A stretch of 34,966 nt of DNA, from contig CALXZV010000002.1 of the NCBI GenBank assembly GCA_944393335.1, forward strand, positions 1-34,966, read 5' to 3'. Below the pieces are notes generated by a model. The model was not told where the DNA came from. It saw nothing but the letters and a program-made list of their open reading frames with translations, and ran no database searches. The translations under genes and the position numbers were made by a program. Shown piece after piece: positions 8,609 through 18,088 of this stretch. This DNA comes from an uncultured Clostridia bacterium (GTDB taxonomy: Bacteria; Bacillota; Clostridia; TANB77; CAG-508). Each line of letters begins with the position of its first letter. Position 1 is the stretch's first letter.

Positions 8609-9799
8609 TTATTTTTGTCTATTTTGCTTTTTAGTATTTGCTTTATTCTTTATATTTTCTTTATTGCTTTCATTGTTTTCTTCTTTGTTTTTATTTATTG
8701 CATTCTTTTTTTCTTTGTAATTTTGCTTTATACTTTTTATTTCATCATTTTTGAAATTTACCAGCTCTTTGTATCCAATTGCAATAATTGCAATTACAAT
8801 TAATGCAAAAGATAGTGCTTTCCAAATTCCATCATCTATTAAAATTACTGCAAACATTCCAAGTGATGCACTAGCCCCATAAAGTATTGCCACTGCCTGT
8901 TTTTGTGAAAAGCCCCTTTTCATCAATCTATGATGTAAGTGTCCTTTATCTGCTTGAAATACAGCTTTTAGCGATTTGCCTTTTACAATTCTTCTTATTA
9001 TTGCAAATAATGTATCAAATATAGGAAGAGCAAGAACAAGTATTGGAGCAATTAATACAACAAGTGTAACTGTTTTTGCAACTCCAAGAATTGAGATTGT
9101 AGCTAAACTAAATCCCAAAAATTGTGCTCCCACATCGCCTATAAATGTTTTTGCAGGATTTACGTTAAATGGCAAAAAGCCACCAATTGCTCCTGCTAAA
9201 GCTGTTATTAAAATAATTGATATTAATGGAGAATCATTTGTTGAAAATATTATAAGTAAACTTATGCAAGATATAAGTGATACTCCAGAAGATAGGCCAT
9301 CTAGTCCATCAATTAAGTTAATAGCATTTGTTATTCCCACAATCCAACCTATTGTTAGTATAAAATTTAAAACTGGATGAATAACTATTTCATTAATTGT
9401 ATCTATTCTTATTCCAAAAAAGTAAACAATTAATGCAGCTAAAACTTGTCCAATTAACTTTTGCCATGGTTTTAAAGTCTTTACATCATCTGCATATGCA
9501 AATATGCTCAAAACTATTATTCCAAGCAAAAATCCAAGTAGTTTCATTTTGTAATTTTCTTGACCATTTAAGTCTAAATTACCCTCAATTGCCATTGTTA
9601 TTATTAAATAAATAGCCGAAACCAAAAATCCTGCAATTACAGCTATTCCACCAATTCTAGGTACAGGTCTTTTGTTAACCCTTCTATCTGATGGATAATC
9701 TATAGCTCCAACTTTTTTTGCAAGTTTAATTGTATATGGTACCATAACAAATGATGTTATAAATGCTAGTAAAAATGCTATTGCAATATCTCCCCACAT
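8609..9799 (-). CDS. Polyprenyl-phosphate N-acetylhexosamine-1-phosphate transferase (TagO/WecA-like, MraY family), with a K/N-rich C-terminal tail
   Basis: 396 aa and polytopic. Motifs PVPRIGGIA, NAINLIDGLDGLSSG and IGDVGAQFLGF are typical of the WecA/TagO/MraY family. The last ~50 aa are low-complexity lysine/asparagine-rich sequence. Confidence 0.88.
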   Translation of the reverse strand: MWGDIAIAFLLAFITSFVMVPYTIKLAKKVGAIDYPSDRRVNKRPVPRIGGIAVIAGFLVSAIYLIITMAIEGNLDLNGQENYKMKLLGFLLGIIVLSIFAYADDVKTLKPWQKLIGQVLAALIVYFFGIRIDTINEIVIHPVLNFILTIGWIVGITNAINLIDGLDGLSSGVSLISCISLLIIFSTNDSPLISIILITALAGAIGGFLPFNVNPAKTFIGDVGAQFLGFSLATISILGVAKTVTLVVLIAPILVLALPIFDTLFAIIRRIVKGKSLKAVFQADKGHLHHRLMKRGFSQKQAVAILYGASASLGMFAVILIDDGIWKALSFALIVIAIIAIGYKELVNFKNDEIKSIKQNYKEKKNAINKNKEENNESNKENIKNKANTKKQNRQK

Positions 9800-9833
9800 A
9801 AGGCCCTCCTTACTTTGACTTTATTCTATCATA

Positions 9834-11432
9834 TTATTTTTCAGTTTGGAACTTTTTCTTTATGTTATTTATCTTATTATTTATCCATTGTATATTTTCT
9901 TTTACTCCTATACTTGCCAAAGGAATTAATATTACTACATAAGGTAAAACATATCTTGATTTTCCTTCCCAGAATAACTGAAAAGCAAATCCTCCCATAA
10001 ATATAAGTACAAGTAAAATTTGTTCATTTGTTAGGTCTTTATTTCTAAGTATAAGCAATAATGTAGAAGTATATATTATTATTAAAAGCACTTTTCCAAT
10101 CATTACAAAAATAGAGTAATTATTTTTTAAAAAATCAGTCATCTCAATGCATCTATAAAATTCTTCTTCAGTTATTTTGTCAGAATTTAATCCCAAAAGT
10201 TCTGTATTATAATAAATTTCACCAAAAGTTGGTTCTATCCACATAGAAGTTATTTTATTTTTAAAGAACTTACATCCATTAATAGGATTATGAAAGTATT
10301 CATTAATTATAGATAATGCTCTTTGCTTTAACACTTCTTCATCATGCCCATTAAGTTTCCATTGGTCCACATAAGAGTCTACATACCAACCTGGTCCTCT
10401 AAACCCTTCATTTGATATTCCGTGATTTATATGTCCTATTGTAGGAAACTGGTTACTTTTTTCTAATTGTAATCTGTTTATCATATAGTTTTTAACTAAA
10501 TTAGTTGGTAGTAATCCTATAATTATAAATATTATTATAAGTAAAACTTTTGTTATAATATTCATAATCTTTGTGCTTTTTGTGTCATTGCACTCGTTTT
10601 TTATTGATGAAATATATTTTATGCAATCTAAAATTAGATAAATAGTTAATGCTATGAAAAATATTAACATATTTGTTCTACAGTAACATGCCAAGCTTAT
10701 TAATATAGCTGAAATAAACAAGTACCTAGCTTTTTGTAATTTTCCATATTTTATAATGAAATATATAGCAAATACTCCAAAACAAAGTCCTATTAAATCT
10801 CCATAAACAAATGTTGAAAGCATTGATAATGGTATAAATGCAAGTGACAAAAACACAATCATAAATGAGTTTAATTTGTTTTGCTTATTTGATATAGCTT
10901 TTGCAATTAAATACAACCCTAGTACTGTAAATGTATTTGCAATTGCATTTAAATACTGTAATATAAAAACATTTGTTGAGCCACATATCTTAAATATAAA
11001 TGCAAAAAAAGTAATTAATGTAGTTTGATGTGGATAAATTTGTAAATATTCATTTTTAATTAATTCATCTATATTTCCTTCTGCAATTATTTTTGCATCA
11101 TTATATACTTCATATTGGTCAAAAAGAGGAGATGACCTTATTAAATTTATGAATAATATTTGTGCAATTAAATAAAGCATTAATAATGTTGCATAAATTA
11201 TTATTTTTGTATCTCTTTTTACTTTTATATCATTAACCTTGTCTAAAATTAAATATCCTACCACAAAAATAGCTATAAATAATATTATAAACAATAAGTT
11301 ATTTGAAGAAATACTAATTACTTCGCCTTTATTTAATACAGAATTACTTGTATATACTAATATTGTCAATATTGCTATACATATTAGACCTATTATTTGT
11401 AAAATTTTATTTAATCTTTTGTTAGTTTTCAT
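9834..11432 (-). CDS. Polytopic GT-C glycosyltransferase, ArnT/PMT_2-like
   Basis: 532 aa with more than 10 TM helices. The first extracytoplasmic loop SPLFDQYEVYNDAKIIAEGN resembles the acidic DE-type loop of the ArnT/PMT family. It sits directly downstream of two GtrB/ArnC-like synthases. Confidence 0.6.
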   Translation of the reverse strand: MKTNKRLNKILQIIGLICIAILTILVYTSNSVLNKGEVISISSNNLLFIILFIAIFVVGYLILDKVNDIKVKRDTKIIIYATLLMLYLIAQILFINLIRSSPLFDQYEVYNDAKIIAEGNIDELIKNEYLQIYPHQTTLITFFAFIFKICGSTNVFILQYLNAIANTFTVLGLYLIAKAISNKQNKLNSFMIVFLSLAFIPLSMLSTFVYGDLIGLCFGVFAIYFIIKYGKLQKARYLFISAILISLACYCRTNMLIFFIALTIYLILDCIKYISSIKNECNDTKSTKIMNIITKVLLIIIFIIIGLLPTNLVKNYMINRLQLEKSNQFPTIGHINHGISNEGFRGPGWYVDSYVDQWKLNGHDEEVLKQRALSIINEYFHNPINGCKFFKNKITSMWIEPTFGEIYYNTELLGLNSDKITEEEFYRCIEMTDFLKNNYSIFVMIGKVLLIIIYTSTLLLILRNKDLTNEQILLVLIFMGGFAFQLFWEGKSRYVLPYVVILIPLASIGVKENIQWINNKINNIKKKFQTEK

Positions 11433-11450
11433 TTTACTTTTATTTCCCCT

Positions 11451-11547
11451 TTTGTTTTCCGGTTTTAAGTTAGTTTTGTTTTTCCAAATTTAAGATACTT
11501 CTGTTTTTCTAGCTTTAATTTCCTTTTGTCTTCCAGCTTTAAGTTAC
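11451..11547. repeat. Four imperfect tandem repeats of ~24-25 nt filling the intergenic gap
   Basis: Units: TTTGTTTTCCGGTTTTAAGTTAG (11451-11473), TTTTGTTTTTCCAAATTTAAGATAC (11474-11498), TTCTGTTTTTCTAGCTTTAATTTCC (11499-11523), TTTTGTCTTCCAGCTTTAAGTTAC (11524-11547). Consensus is TTTTGTTTTTCCAGCTTTAAGTTAC. Confidence 0.88.
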
Positions 11548-11552
11548 ATTAA

Positions 11553-12497
11553 TTATTCGTTTTCTTCTCTTTTTCCATTATACTCATTTACTAAGTAAAG
11601 TGGTCTATTTTTTGATGCATTAAATATTCTTCCTAAATATTCGCCAATTATGCCAAATAGCAATATTTGAACACCTGAGAAAAACAATACTAGCAAGATT
11701 ATTGCTTGATAAGCTTGTACTGCTACATCTAGTCTTATGCACTTAACTATTACATATATAAAATATATAAATAGTGCTAAAAATGTAGGTATTGCTATGT
11801 ATGTAGATATTCTAAGTGGTGATGTAGTAAAAGATGTTATGCCATCTATTGCTAAGTTTACTAACTTTTTGTAGTTCCACTTTGTTTTTCCTGCAACTCT
11901 TGCATCTCTGTCATACATCACTGCTTTTTTCTTGTAGCCTATCCAACTAAACATAGATTTAGAATTACGGTCTGTTTCTCTAAGTTTTTTTAATGCATTT
12001 ACACATCTTCTATCTAATAATCTAAAATCACCTGTATCCTTTTGAATTGGAACTGATGTAAGCATTTGCAAAACTCTATAATACATTTTAGATGTAAACT
12101 TTTTTAAAAAGCTCTCGCCTGCTCTTGACTTTCTTTGTGCATATACATCATCATATCCTTCTTCCCAATATTTAATCATTTCTGGAATTAGCTCTGGTGG
12201 ATCTTGAAGATCTGCATCCATAAATATAACTGCATCACCTGTGGCATAATCTAAGCCTGCAATCATTGCTGTTTCTTTTCCAAAGTTTCTAGAAAAGTCT
12301 ACATATGAAATTCTTGGGTCTTTTTCTCTGTACTCTTTAATTAAATTTAAAGTATTATCTTTTGAACCATCATTTACAAATAATATTTCAAATTCATAAT
12401 TATCAATACTGTTAATTAATTTTTCAAGTCTATCATACAAAAATGGTAAAGATTCTTCTTCGTTGTATGCTGGTACAATTATTGTTATTTTTTTCAT
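11553..12497 (-). CDS. GT2 polyprenyl-phosphate sugar synthase (GtrB/ArnC/CsbB-like)
   Basis: 314 aa. Motifs IIVPAYNEEESL, NDGSKD and DADLQDPPE, plus two C-terminal TM helices as in GtrB-type enzymes. About 50% identical by eye to the adjacent 12535-13467 product. Confidence 0.85.
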   Translation of the reverse strand: MKKITIIVPAYNEEESLPFLYDRLEKLINSIDNYEFEILFVNDGSKDNTLNLIKEYREKDPRISYVDFSRNFGKETAMIAGLDYATGDAVIFMDADLQDPPELIPEMIKYWEEGYDDVYAQRKSRAGESFLKKFTSKMYYRVLQMLTSVPIQKDTGDFRLLDRRCVNALKKLRETDRNSKSMFSWIGYKKKAVMYDRDARVAGKTKWNYKKLVNLAIDGITSFTTSPLRISTYIAIPTFLALFIYFIYVIVKCIRLDVAVQAYQAIILLVLFFSGVQILLFGIIGEYLGRIFNASKNRPLYLVNEYNGKREENE

Positions 12498-12534
12498 TTT
12501 ACTTTTATCGTATTTAATACGACTCTCCTTTCTT

Positions 12535-13467
12535 TTATATATTTATAGTTTTTTCAATAATATATTGAGGTCTTTGTTTTGTTTCTTCATATATTCTGCC
12601 TATATATTCCCCTATCATCCAAAGTGATATTAATATTACTCCTCCTAAAAATGTCATTGTGCACATCATTGATGTCCAACCAGCTGTAAGGTTATTCCAG
12701 TTATATGCATATGATAATATTGCATATACAAGAATTACTATAGAAATTATTACAGAAATAATACCAAGTCCTCCTACTATTTTTAAAGGTTTTGTAGAAA
12801 AACTAAAAATGCCATCTTTAGCTAATTTTATCATCTTTTTTAATGGATATTTTGTTTTTCCAGCAACTCTCTCTTTTCTTTCATATTCATATGCATATTG
12901 CTTAAAACCTACCCAACTAAATAAACCTCTTAAAAATTTATTATGCTCTGGTAAATTATTTATAACATCCACCACTTTTTTGTCAACTAATCTAAAATCT
13001 CCCGTATCTTTTGGAATTTCAACATCTGAAAGTTTATTTAAAGTTTCATAAAATACTTTTGCTGTTAATAATTTGAAAACTGATTCTCCTTCTCTCTTTT
13101 TTCTCTTACCATAAATTACATCATAGCCGTTTTCCCAATATTTAAGCATATCTGGAATTAGCTCCGGTGGATCTTGTAAATCTGCATCCATTATAATTAC
13201 AGCATCTCCTGAAACATATTTAAGACCTGCCGTAACTGCAGCTTGATGTCCAAAATTTCTTGAAAAAGAAATTACTTTTACCTTGCCATCATTTTGAGCT
13301 AATTTCTCCAAAATATCTAAAGTTTTATCTTTGCTTCCATCATTTATAAAAATAATTTCATAATCATAATTTTCTATACTTTTTAAAACATTTGTTACTC
13401 TTTTATAACATTCTTCTGCTACTTGTTCTTCATAATACATTGGTATGACAATAGATATCTTTTTCAT
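12535..13467 (-). CDS. GT2 polyprenyl-phosphate sugar synthase (GtrB/ArnC/CsbB-like), paralog of 11553-12497
   Basis: 310 aa. Motifs IVIPMYYEE, NDGSKD, DADLQDPPELIPDM and GDFRL, plus two C-terminal TM helices. Confidence 0.85.
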   Translation of the reverse strand: MKKISIVIPMYYEEQVAEECYKRVTNVLKSIENYDYEIIFINDGSKDKTLDILEKLAQNDGKVKVISFSRNFGHQAAVTAGLKYVSGDAVIIMDADLQDPPELIPDMLKYWENGYDVIYGKRKKREGESVFKLLTAKVFYETLNKLSDVEIPKDTGDFRLVDKKVVDVINNLPEHNKFLRGLFSWVGFKQYAYEYERKERVAGKTKYPLKKMIKLAKDGIFSFSTKPLKIVGGLGIISVIISIVILVYAILSYAYNWNNLTAGWTSMMCTMTFLGGVILISLWMIGEYIGRIYEETKQRPQYIIEKTINI

Positions 13468-13502
13468 TGTATATTTTGTACTCCTTTTACATTTATGCTA
13501 AA

Positions 13503-14450
13503 TTACTTGCTTTGTTTAAGTTTTTCATTTTTTCTATCTTCAAATTCATTTAATTTTATTTCAAACTCTTGCTTTGATTTGTTTATGGTTGTTTGCAATA
13601 TAAGTCCTCCAAAGAACGACTGAACCATGCAAATATAAAAGAATATGCTTGCCATAAATGAAGGCATTTTTGGTACTAAACCACTATTTACATAGTCTAT
13701 TAAAACTGGTATTAAAAATGCTGTACCTATTATACCACAAATTAGAGCAATCCATAGGAAAAATGATAAAGGTCTATAATTTTTATATAAAGTAATAATT
13801 GTTTTTATTACTCTTGCACCATCTGCATATGTGTTTAACTTTGAAAAACTGCCCTCTGGCCTATCTCTATATTCTATAATTACATTTTCCCAATTTAAGT
13901 TTTTGTCTAGTGTATGAATTGTCATTTCTGTTTCTATTTCAAAACCTTTAGAAAGCACTGGAAATGTTTTTACAAACCTATAGCTAAATGCTCTGTAGCC
14001 TGTCATAACATCCCTTATTTTGCTCTTGTAAATCATATTTATAAGAGCTCTTACTGCTACATTTCCAATATTGTGAAAAGGTCTTTTGTTTTCTTCAAAA
14101 TATGTTGAAGATAGCCTGTCCCCTATTACCATATCCACATTTTTGTTTAAAACTAAGTCACACATTTTTCTTGCATCTTCTGCTGGATATGTGTCATCTC
14201 CATCTGTCATAATGTAGCACTCAGCATCAATTTCTCTAAACATTGATCTTATGACATTGCCTTTGCCTTGTTTTCTTTCATACCTAACAACAGCTCCAGC
14301 TTTTCTTGCAATTTCATCTGTGCCATCTTTTGAATTATTGTCATAAACATAAATTGTAGCTTCTGGCAATTCTCTTTTAAAATCTTTAATAACCTTTTCA
14401 ACTGTTTTTGCCTCATTGTAGCAAGGTATTAATACTGCTATTTTATCCAT
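13503..14450 (-). CDS. GT2 glycosyltransferase with C-terminal TM helices (third polyprenyl-phosphate-sugar-synthase-like enzyme)
   Basis: 315 aa. Motifs IAVLIPCYNEAKTV, YDNNSKDGT and TDGDDTYPAED (DxD), plus two C-terminal TM helices. It is more divergent from the two GtrB-like paralogs than they are from each other. Confidence 0.78.
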   Translation of the reverse strand: MDKIAVLIPCYNEAKTVEKVIKDFKRELPEATIYVYDNNSKDGTDEIARKAGAVVRYERKQGKGNVIRSMFREIDAECYIMTDGDDTYPAEDARKMCDLVLNKNVDMVIGDRLSSTYFEENKRPFHNIGNVAVRALINMIYKSKIRDVMTGYRAFSYRFVKTFPVLSKGFEIETEMTIHTLDKNLNWENVIIEYRDRPEGSFSKLNTYADGARVIKTIITLYKNYRPLSFFLWIALICGIIGTAFLIPVLIDYVNSGLVPKMPSFMASIFFYICMVQSFFGGLILQTTINKSKQEFEIKLNEFEDRKNEKLKQSK

Positions 14451-14467
14451 TCTAATTCCTTTCTCTT

Positions 14468-16555
14468 TTAAATATACGTAATTACTGCTGTTAAAATTGC
14501 AACAGTGTTAAGTAGCACTCCAGCATATGAAATAACTTTTACCAAGTTTATTTTTCCACTTTCTTTTACTAACTTATTCTGTCCTAATACTAACATAAAT
14601 GGTAGTAATAATTCAATAAAATATCTGCCTTGAACACCATTTATATAATAATTTTTTAATGTTGACCATTGCATATAAATGCTTGTGTAAATTAAACCAC
14701 ATATAATAAACAAAATAACTGAAATTGTTATTTTCATTTTTTTATCTAGTCTGTCTTTTATGTCTTTATCAAATAACACAATCATCACAAAAATTATAAT
14801 ATATGCAATAACATTTATCCAGCCAACTCTTACCATTTCTATATGTTCCATATATCCGCCAAATAATTGCATTAAATACAAGTCAAAATCATGATATAAA
14901 GTATAGAAACATATTCTTAAATATTCTATTGGGTTAGATAAAATATTTAATTTTTGTGTATCAGATTTATTGTTGTCTATTAAGCTTAAATGTGTTGATG
15001 CAACTCCTAGCCAAGCTAGGTTTGCTATAATAGGTAAGGCTACTGCTAGCACACACATAAGTACTCTGTCTCGCTTTTTGCTATATTTTTCTTTTGGTAT
15101 AAGCAAAGTTAAAAGTGCAAATGGCACATATACTATTTTACACAAACCAAGCACTATGCCAATTACCGATAAAATGATTATATTCTTTATTGTTACCTTT
15201 TCTTTGCCAAATATAAGTTTAAGTAAATATGCAATAAACAATATGCTTGAAGTTATAGTTAGTGCATCTGGCGATACTGACGCTATTTGCGACAAAGTAG
15301 TTGGAATTATTGCTATAAAGAATATTATATTTTTTCCAAATGGTATTATTTTTATTGCCAAGTATAGTAAAAATACTGAAACAAGTAAATTTACTATTCT
15401 TGTTATATAAAACATAATTAACAAATTATTTGTAAATAATGACACTATTCTTATAGTTAGTGCTTGAGGCAAATATGGAAGTGGTGAATAAACTGCCATA
15501 TATTCTCCACCAACAGTTATGGTGTTTTCTTCATCTACCTCTACATCTGCCGACCTTATTATATCATCATAATAAGTAGCATTTAAGTATCTTTCTTCAG
15601 TATTATAATCTTCATGCAAAACATCACTAAAAGCTGCTGGAATAGTTGTTATAGAATGTTCATCTATGATTGGCGTATTAAAAATTCCAGTTGAAATTTC
15701 ATATGCCCTAAAGAAATGTGCATGTTCATCATGACCTCTATACATAGGAACTACAAACACATATGCTAGTCCCAAAACTAAAGTTGTGCAAATAAATAAT
15801 TTTTCAAATTTAAACTCTTTAAACATTAGTAAGTAAAGTGCCACTATTGCTACAATTGTTACTCCAATTAAAGCTACTGTAAAAATAATAGTTGCATATC
15901 TACTATAATAATAAATTTCAAAACTTAAACTTCCGCTTTGTTCTACTCCATTTATTGTAAAAGTACCATTTTCATAAGTTTTTGCAGTATTATATAAAAC
16001 AGGATTTGTACTGCTTCCATTTTCATATGTTACAACTATTTCATATTCTTTATCTTTTGAATTTGGTTGTTTATCAAAAGCAAATTTATATTTAGTATCA
16101 GATTGAACGGGCTCGTCATAAATGCTATTATACTCAGCAATTGTTGTGTTATTTTCTTTGTCAATTATTTTTATATTTATTGGGTCTTTGCTATAAGTTC
16201 TAAAAGATTTGTCAAACCCTATTGCAATGGCTTCTAAATTATTTCTTGTAGAGACAAAACTTTGCACTACTTCTACTTTGCCATCTAAGTTAGTGCTTGA
16301 AGGTTCTTCATTTTGCTCGTTACTTGCTGATTCAGCGCTTTCATCATTTTTTAGGCTTCTGTCATAAGATAAGTAATTTTCTGTATAATAGCTTCTTTCA
16401 TTATATATAAAATTACTATACATAACTACATCAATGACTAATATAATTAATATAAATACTATAAATAGTATTTTTTTGTTTGCCTCACATTTATCTTTTA
16501 ATTTTTGAATTACCTTTGCCATATAAAGCATTCCTTTCTGCATTAAAATCTGCAA
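14468..16555 (-). CDS. Large polytopic membrane protein, DUF2142-like GT-C candidate with an extra N-terminal extracytoplasmic domain
   Basis: 695-aa ORF. The likely start is the ATG at 16522 (MAKVIQKLKDK), with AAAGGAA 9 nt upstream and 20 nt after the upstream stop. Layout is TM1, then ~180 aa of soluble beta-rich-looking sequence, then PMYRGHDEHAHFFRAYEISTG (resembling the DUF2142 PDE..H loop), then more than 10 TM helices. Confidence 0.6.
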   Translation of the reverse strand: MQILMQKGMLYMAKVIQKLKDKCEANKKILFIVFILIILVIDVVMYSNFIYNERSYYTENYLSYDRSLKNDESAESASNEQNEEPSSTNLDGKVEVVQSFVSTRNNLEAIAIGFDKSFRTYSKDPINIKIIDKENNTTIAEYNSIYDEPVQSDTKYKFAFDKQPNSKDKEYEIVVTYENGSSTNPVLYNTAKTYENGTFTINGVEQSGSLSFEIYYYSRYATIIFTVALIGVTIVAIVALYLLMFKEFKFEKLFICTTLVLGLAYVFVVPMYRGHDEHAHFFRAYEISTGIFNTPIIDEHSITTIPAAFSDVLHEDYNTEERYLNATYYDDIIRSADVEVDEENTITVGGEYMAVYSPLPYLPQALTIRIVSLFTNNLLIMFYITRIVNLLVSVFLLYLAIKIIPFGKNIIFFIAIIPTTLSQIASVSPDALTITSSILFIAYLLKLIFGKEKVTIKNIIILSVIGIVLGLCKIVYVPFALLTLLIPKEKYSKKRDRVLMCVLAVALPIIANLAWLGVASTHLSLIDNNKSDTQKLNILSNPIEYLRICFYTLYHDFDLYLMQLFGGYMEHIEMVRVGWINVIAYIIIFVMIVLFDKDIKDRLDKKMKITISVILFIICGLIYTSIYMQWSTLKNYYINGVQGRYFIELLLPFMLVLGQNKLVKESGKINLVKVISYAGVLLNTVAILTAVITYI

Positions 16556-18063
16556 TAGTGGATAGTGTCTCCCACAAATATAATCTGGTCAGTGCTAAAA
16601 TTATCCCAGTTTTGTTCTTTAAAACTTGCTTCTATTTCTGGATCCTTTTTACCTTCAACTAAATCAAGATTATTATAATAATTTAGCATATCTACAATAG
16701 CCCAATCTGGTCCAAATCCTGATATATTCATATCTTTATGCGCCCATATATTTGGATAGGTATTGTTTAAATATTCATCACTATAAATACATATTTTTGT
16801 GACTTTATTACCAGTTTCTTGTTCATATTTTTTAATTTCTTCGCCAACAGTTAAGCTATTCATTTTATCAATATAATTTAAGTTATAATGGCTTATTTCT
16901 ATTTTATTAAATTCAAAAAACTGCATAATTAACATTATGGTGCAAATCACACCTATTATAATAATAGGAATTTGAATTGTTTGAAGTTTGCTTAAGCTTT
17001 TTATATTTTTGTTTATACTATTGCTTTTATTATTTAAAATATTAACTAAAATATAAATGCTAATTATACCTACTATAGCCCCAAATGGGTATGTACTTCT
17101 TGGTACAAACCAAATAGATTCTGTGTTTTGCATTAGTTGTGGAACTATTGTTATTGCTAAAGTTACTAAACAAACATATGCTAAGCCTAAAATTTTCAAG
17201 ATTTTGGTAGTTATTTTTTCTTTTTTATTTGTAATTAATAAAACAATTGCACATATAATTAATATGGCTATTATTGCTCCAAAAGTATATTTAGGTAAAA
17301 TGGCATAAGTATTAAACATTTCAGATGTTCCGCTTATAACCTTTTGTATTGATTGTGAAATATTTATTGCTCCATTAACTCTTTCATTCGAGTAAAATAC
17401 TCGTATTACAAGTAGATTAATTATTGCAGGTATGCCATAGCCAAGTAGAATTATTATGTTATTTTTTATAAAGTCTTTTACATTTTTTGAATAACATACA
17501 ATATAAATCGTTGATAATGCTATAAATATACCAATTACACCTTGATAGCTAAAAGTTGCTATAAGCATAAATATGAATATGTATTTAAGAGCTTTTTTGT
17601 CGCCTTCAAGGTATTTTACAAATTTTGAAAATGCAAGTACTGATAATAATACTGCAAAAGCTAGTATTCCTTTTTCAAGGAATAAAAATAATTCTATTGT
17701 AAAAGGATTAATTATTGTAATTGTGCTTGCTAATATGCAAATTGCTTCATTTTTTACTTTTTTGTTTATTACAAAAATCAAGTTATATATTGCAATGGTT
17801 ATACATAATATTGCAAAAATATATGATGTTAAGTATATTAGCCCATCACTAAAATGCAAGCTATTGACTAACCACCACCAAAATGCAGTTACAAATCTGC
17901 CTGCATTTAAAAAATGACTTATCATTTCAGTTAAAGAATTTTCCAATACACTATATGTGTCTGTTGCAAAATCCATTTTCAAAAATATTGCAAAAAATAC
18001 TAGAGTAATCAATAAACTGTAGTATAGTTTTTTATCTTTTAATTTTTCAAAAACTTTTTGCAT
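16543..18063 (-). CDS. Polytopic membrane protein, GtrII-like (Glucos_trans_II / GT-C-type), paralog of 4647-6158
   Basis: 506 aa. First-loop motif ATDTY...AGRFV and C-terminal domain ending NWDNFSTDQIIFVGDTIHYCRF, both shared with the 4647-6158 product. Confidence 0.6.
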   Translation of the reverse strand: MQKVFEKLKDKKLYYSLLITLVFFAIFLKMDFATDTYSVLENSLTEMISHFLNAGRFVTAFWWWLVNSLHFSDGLIYLTSYIFAILCITIAIYNLIFVINKKVKNEAICILASTITIINPFTIELFLFLEKGILAFAVLLSVLAFSKFVKYLEGDKKALKYIFIFMLIATFSYQGVIGIFIALSTIYIVCYSKNVKDFIKNNIIILLGYGIPAIINLLVIRVFYSNERVNGAINISQSIQKVISGTSEMFNTYAILPKYTFGAIIAILIICAIVLLITNKKEKITTKILKILGLAYVCLVTLAITIVPQLMQNTESIWFVPRSTYPFGAIVGIISIYILVNILNNKSNSINKNIKSLSKLQTIQIPIIIIGVICTIMLIMQFFEFNKIEISHYNLNYIDKMNSLTVGEEIKKYEQETGNKVTKICIYSDEYLNNTYPNIWAHKDMNISGFGPDWAIVDMLNYYNNLDLVEGKKDPEIEASFKEQNWDNFSTDQIIFVGDTIHYCRF

Positions 18064-18088
18064 TTTATGTTAATTCCTTTCAAAGCTT

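Noticed and set aside
3422-11547. CRISPR array interpretation of the tandem repeats at 3422-3499 and 11451-11547
   Set aside because: The units are directly adjacent with no unique spacers. One set is in-frame coding sequence in polA. No cas genes or leader-like context are present in the window.
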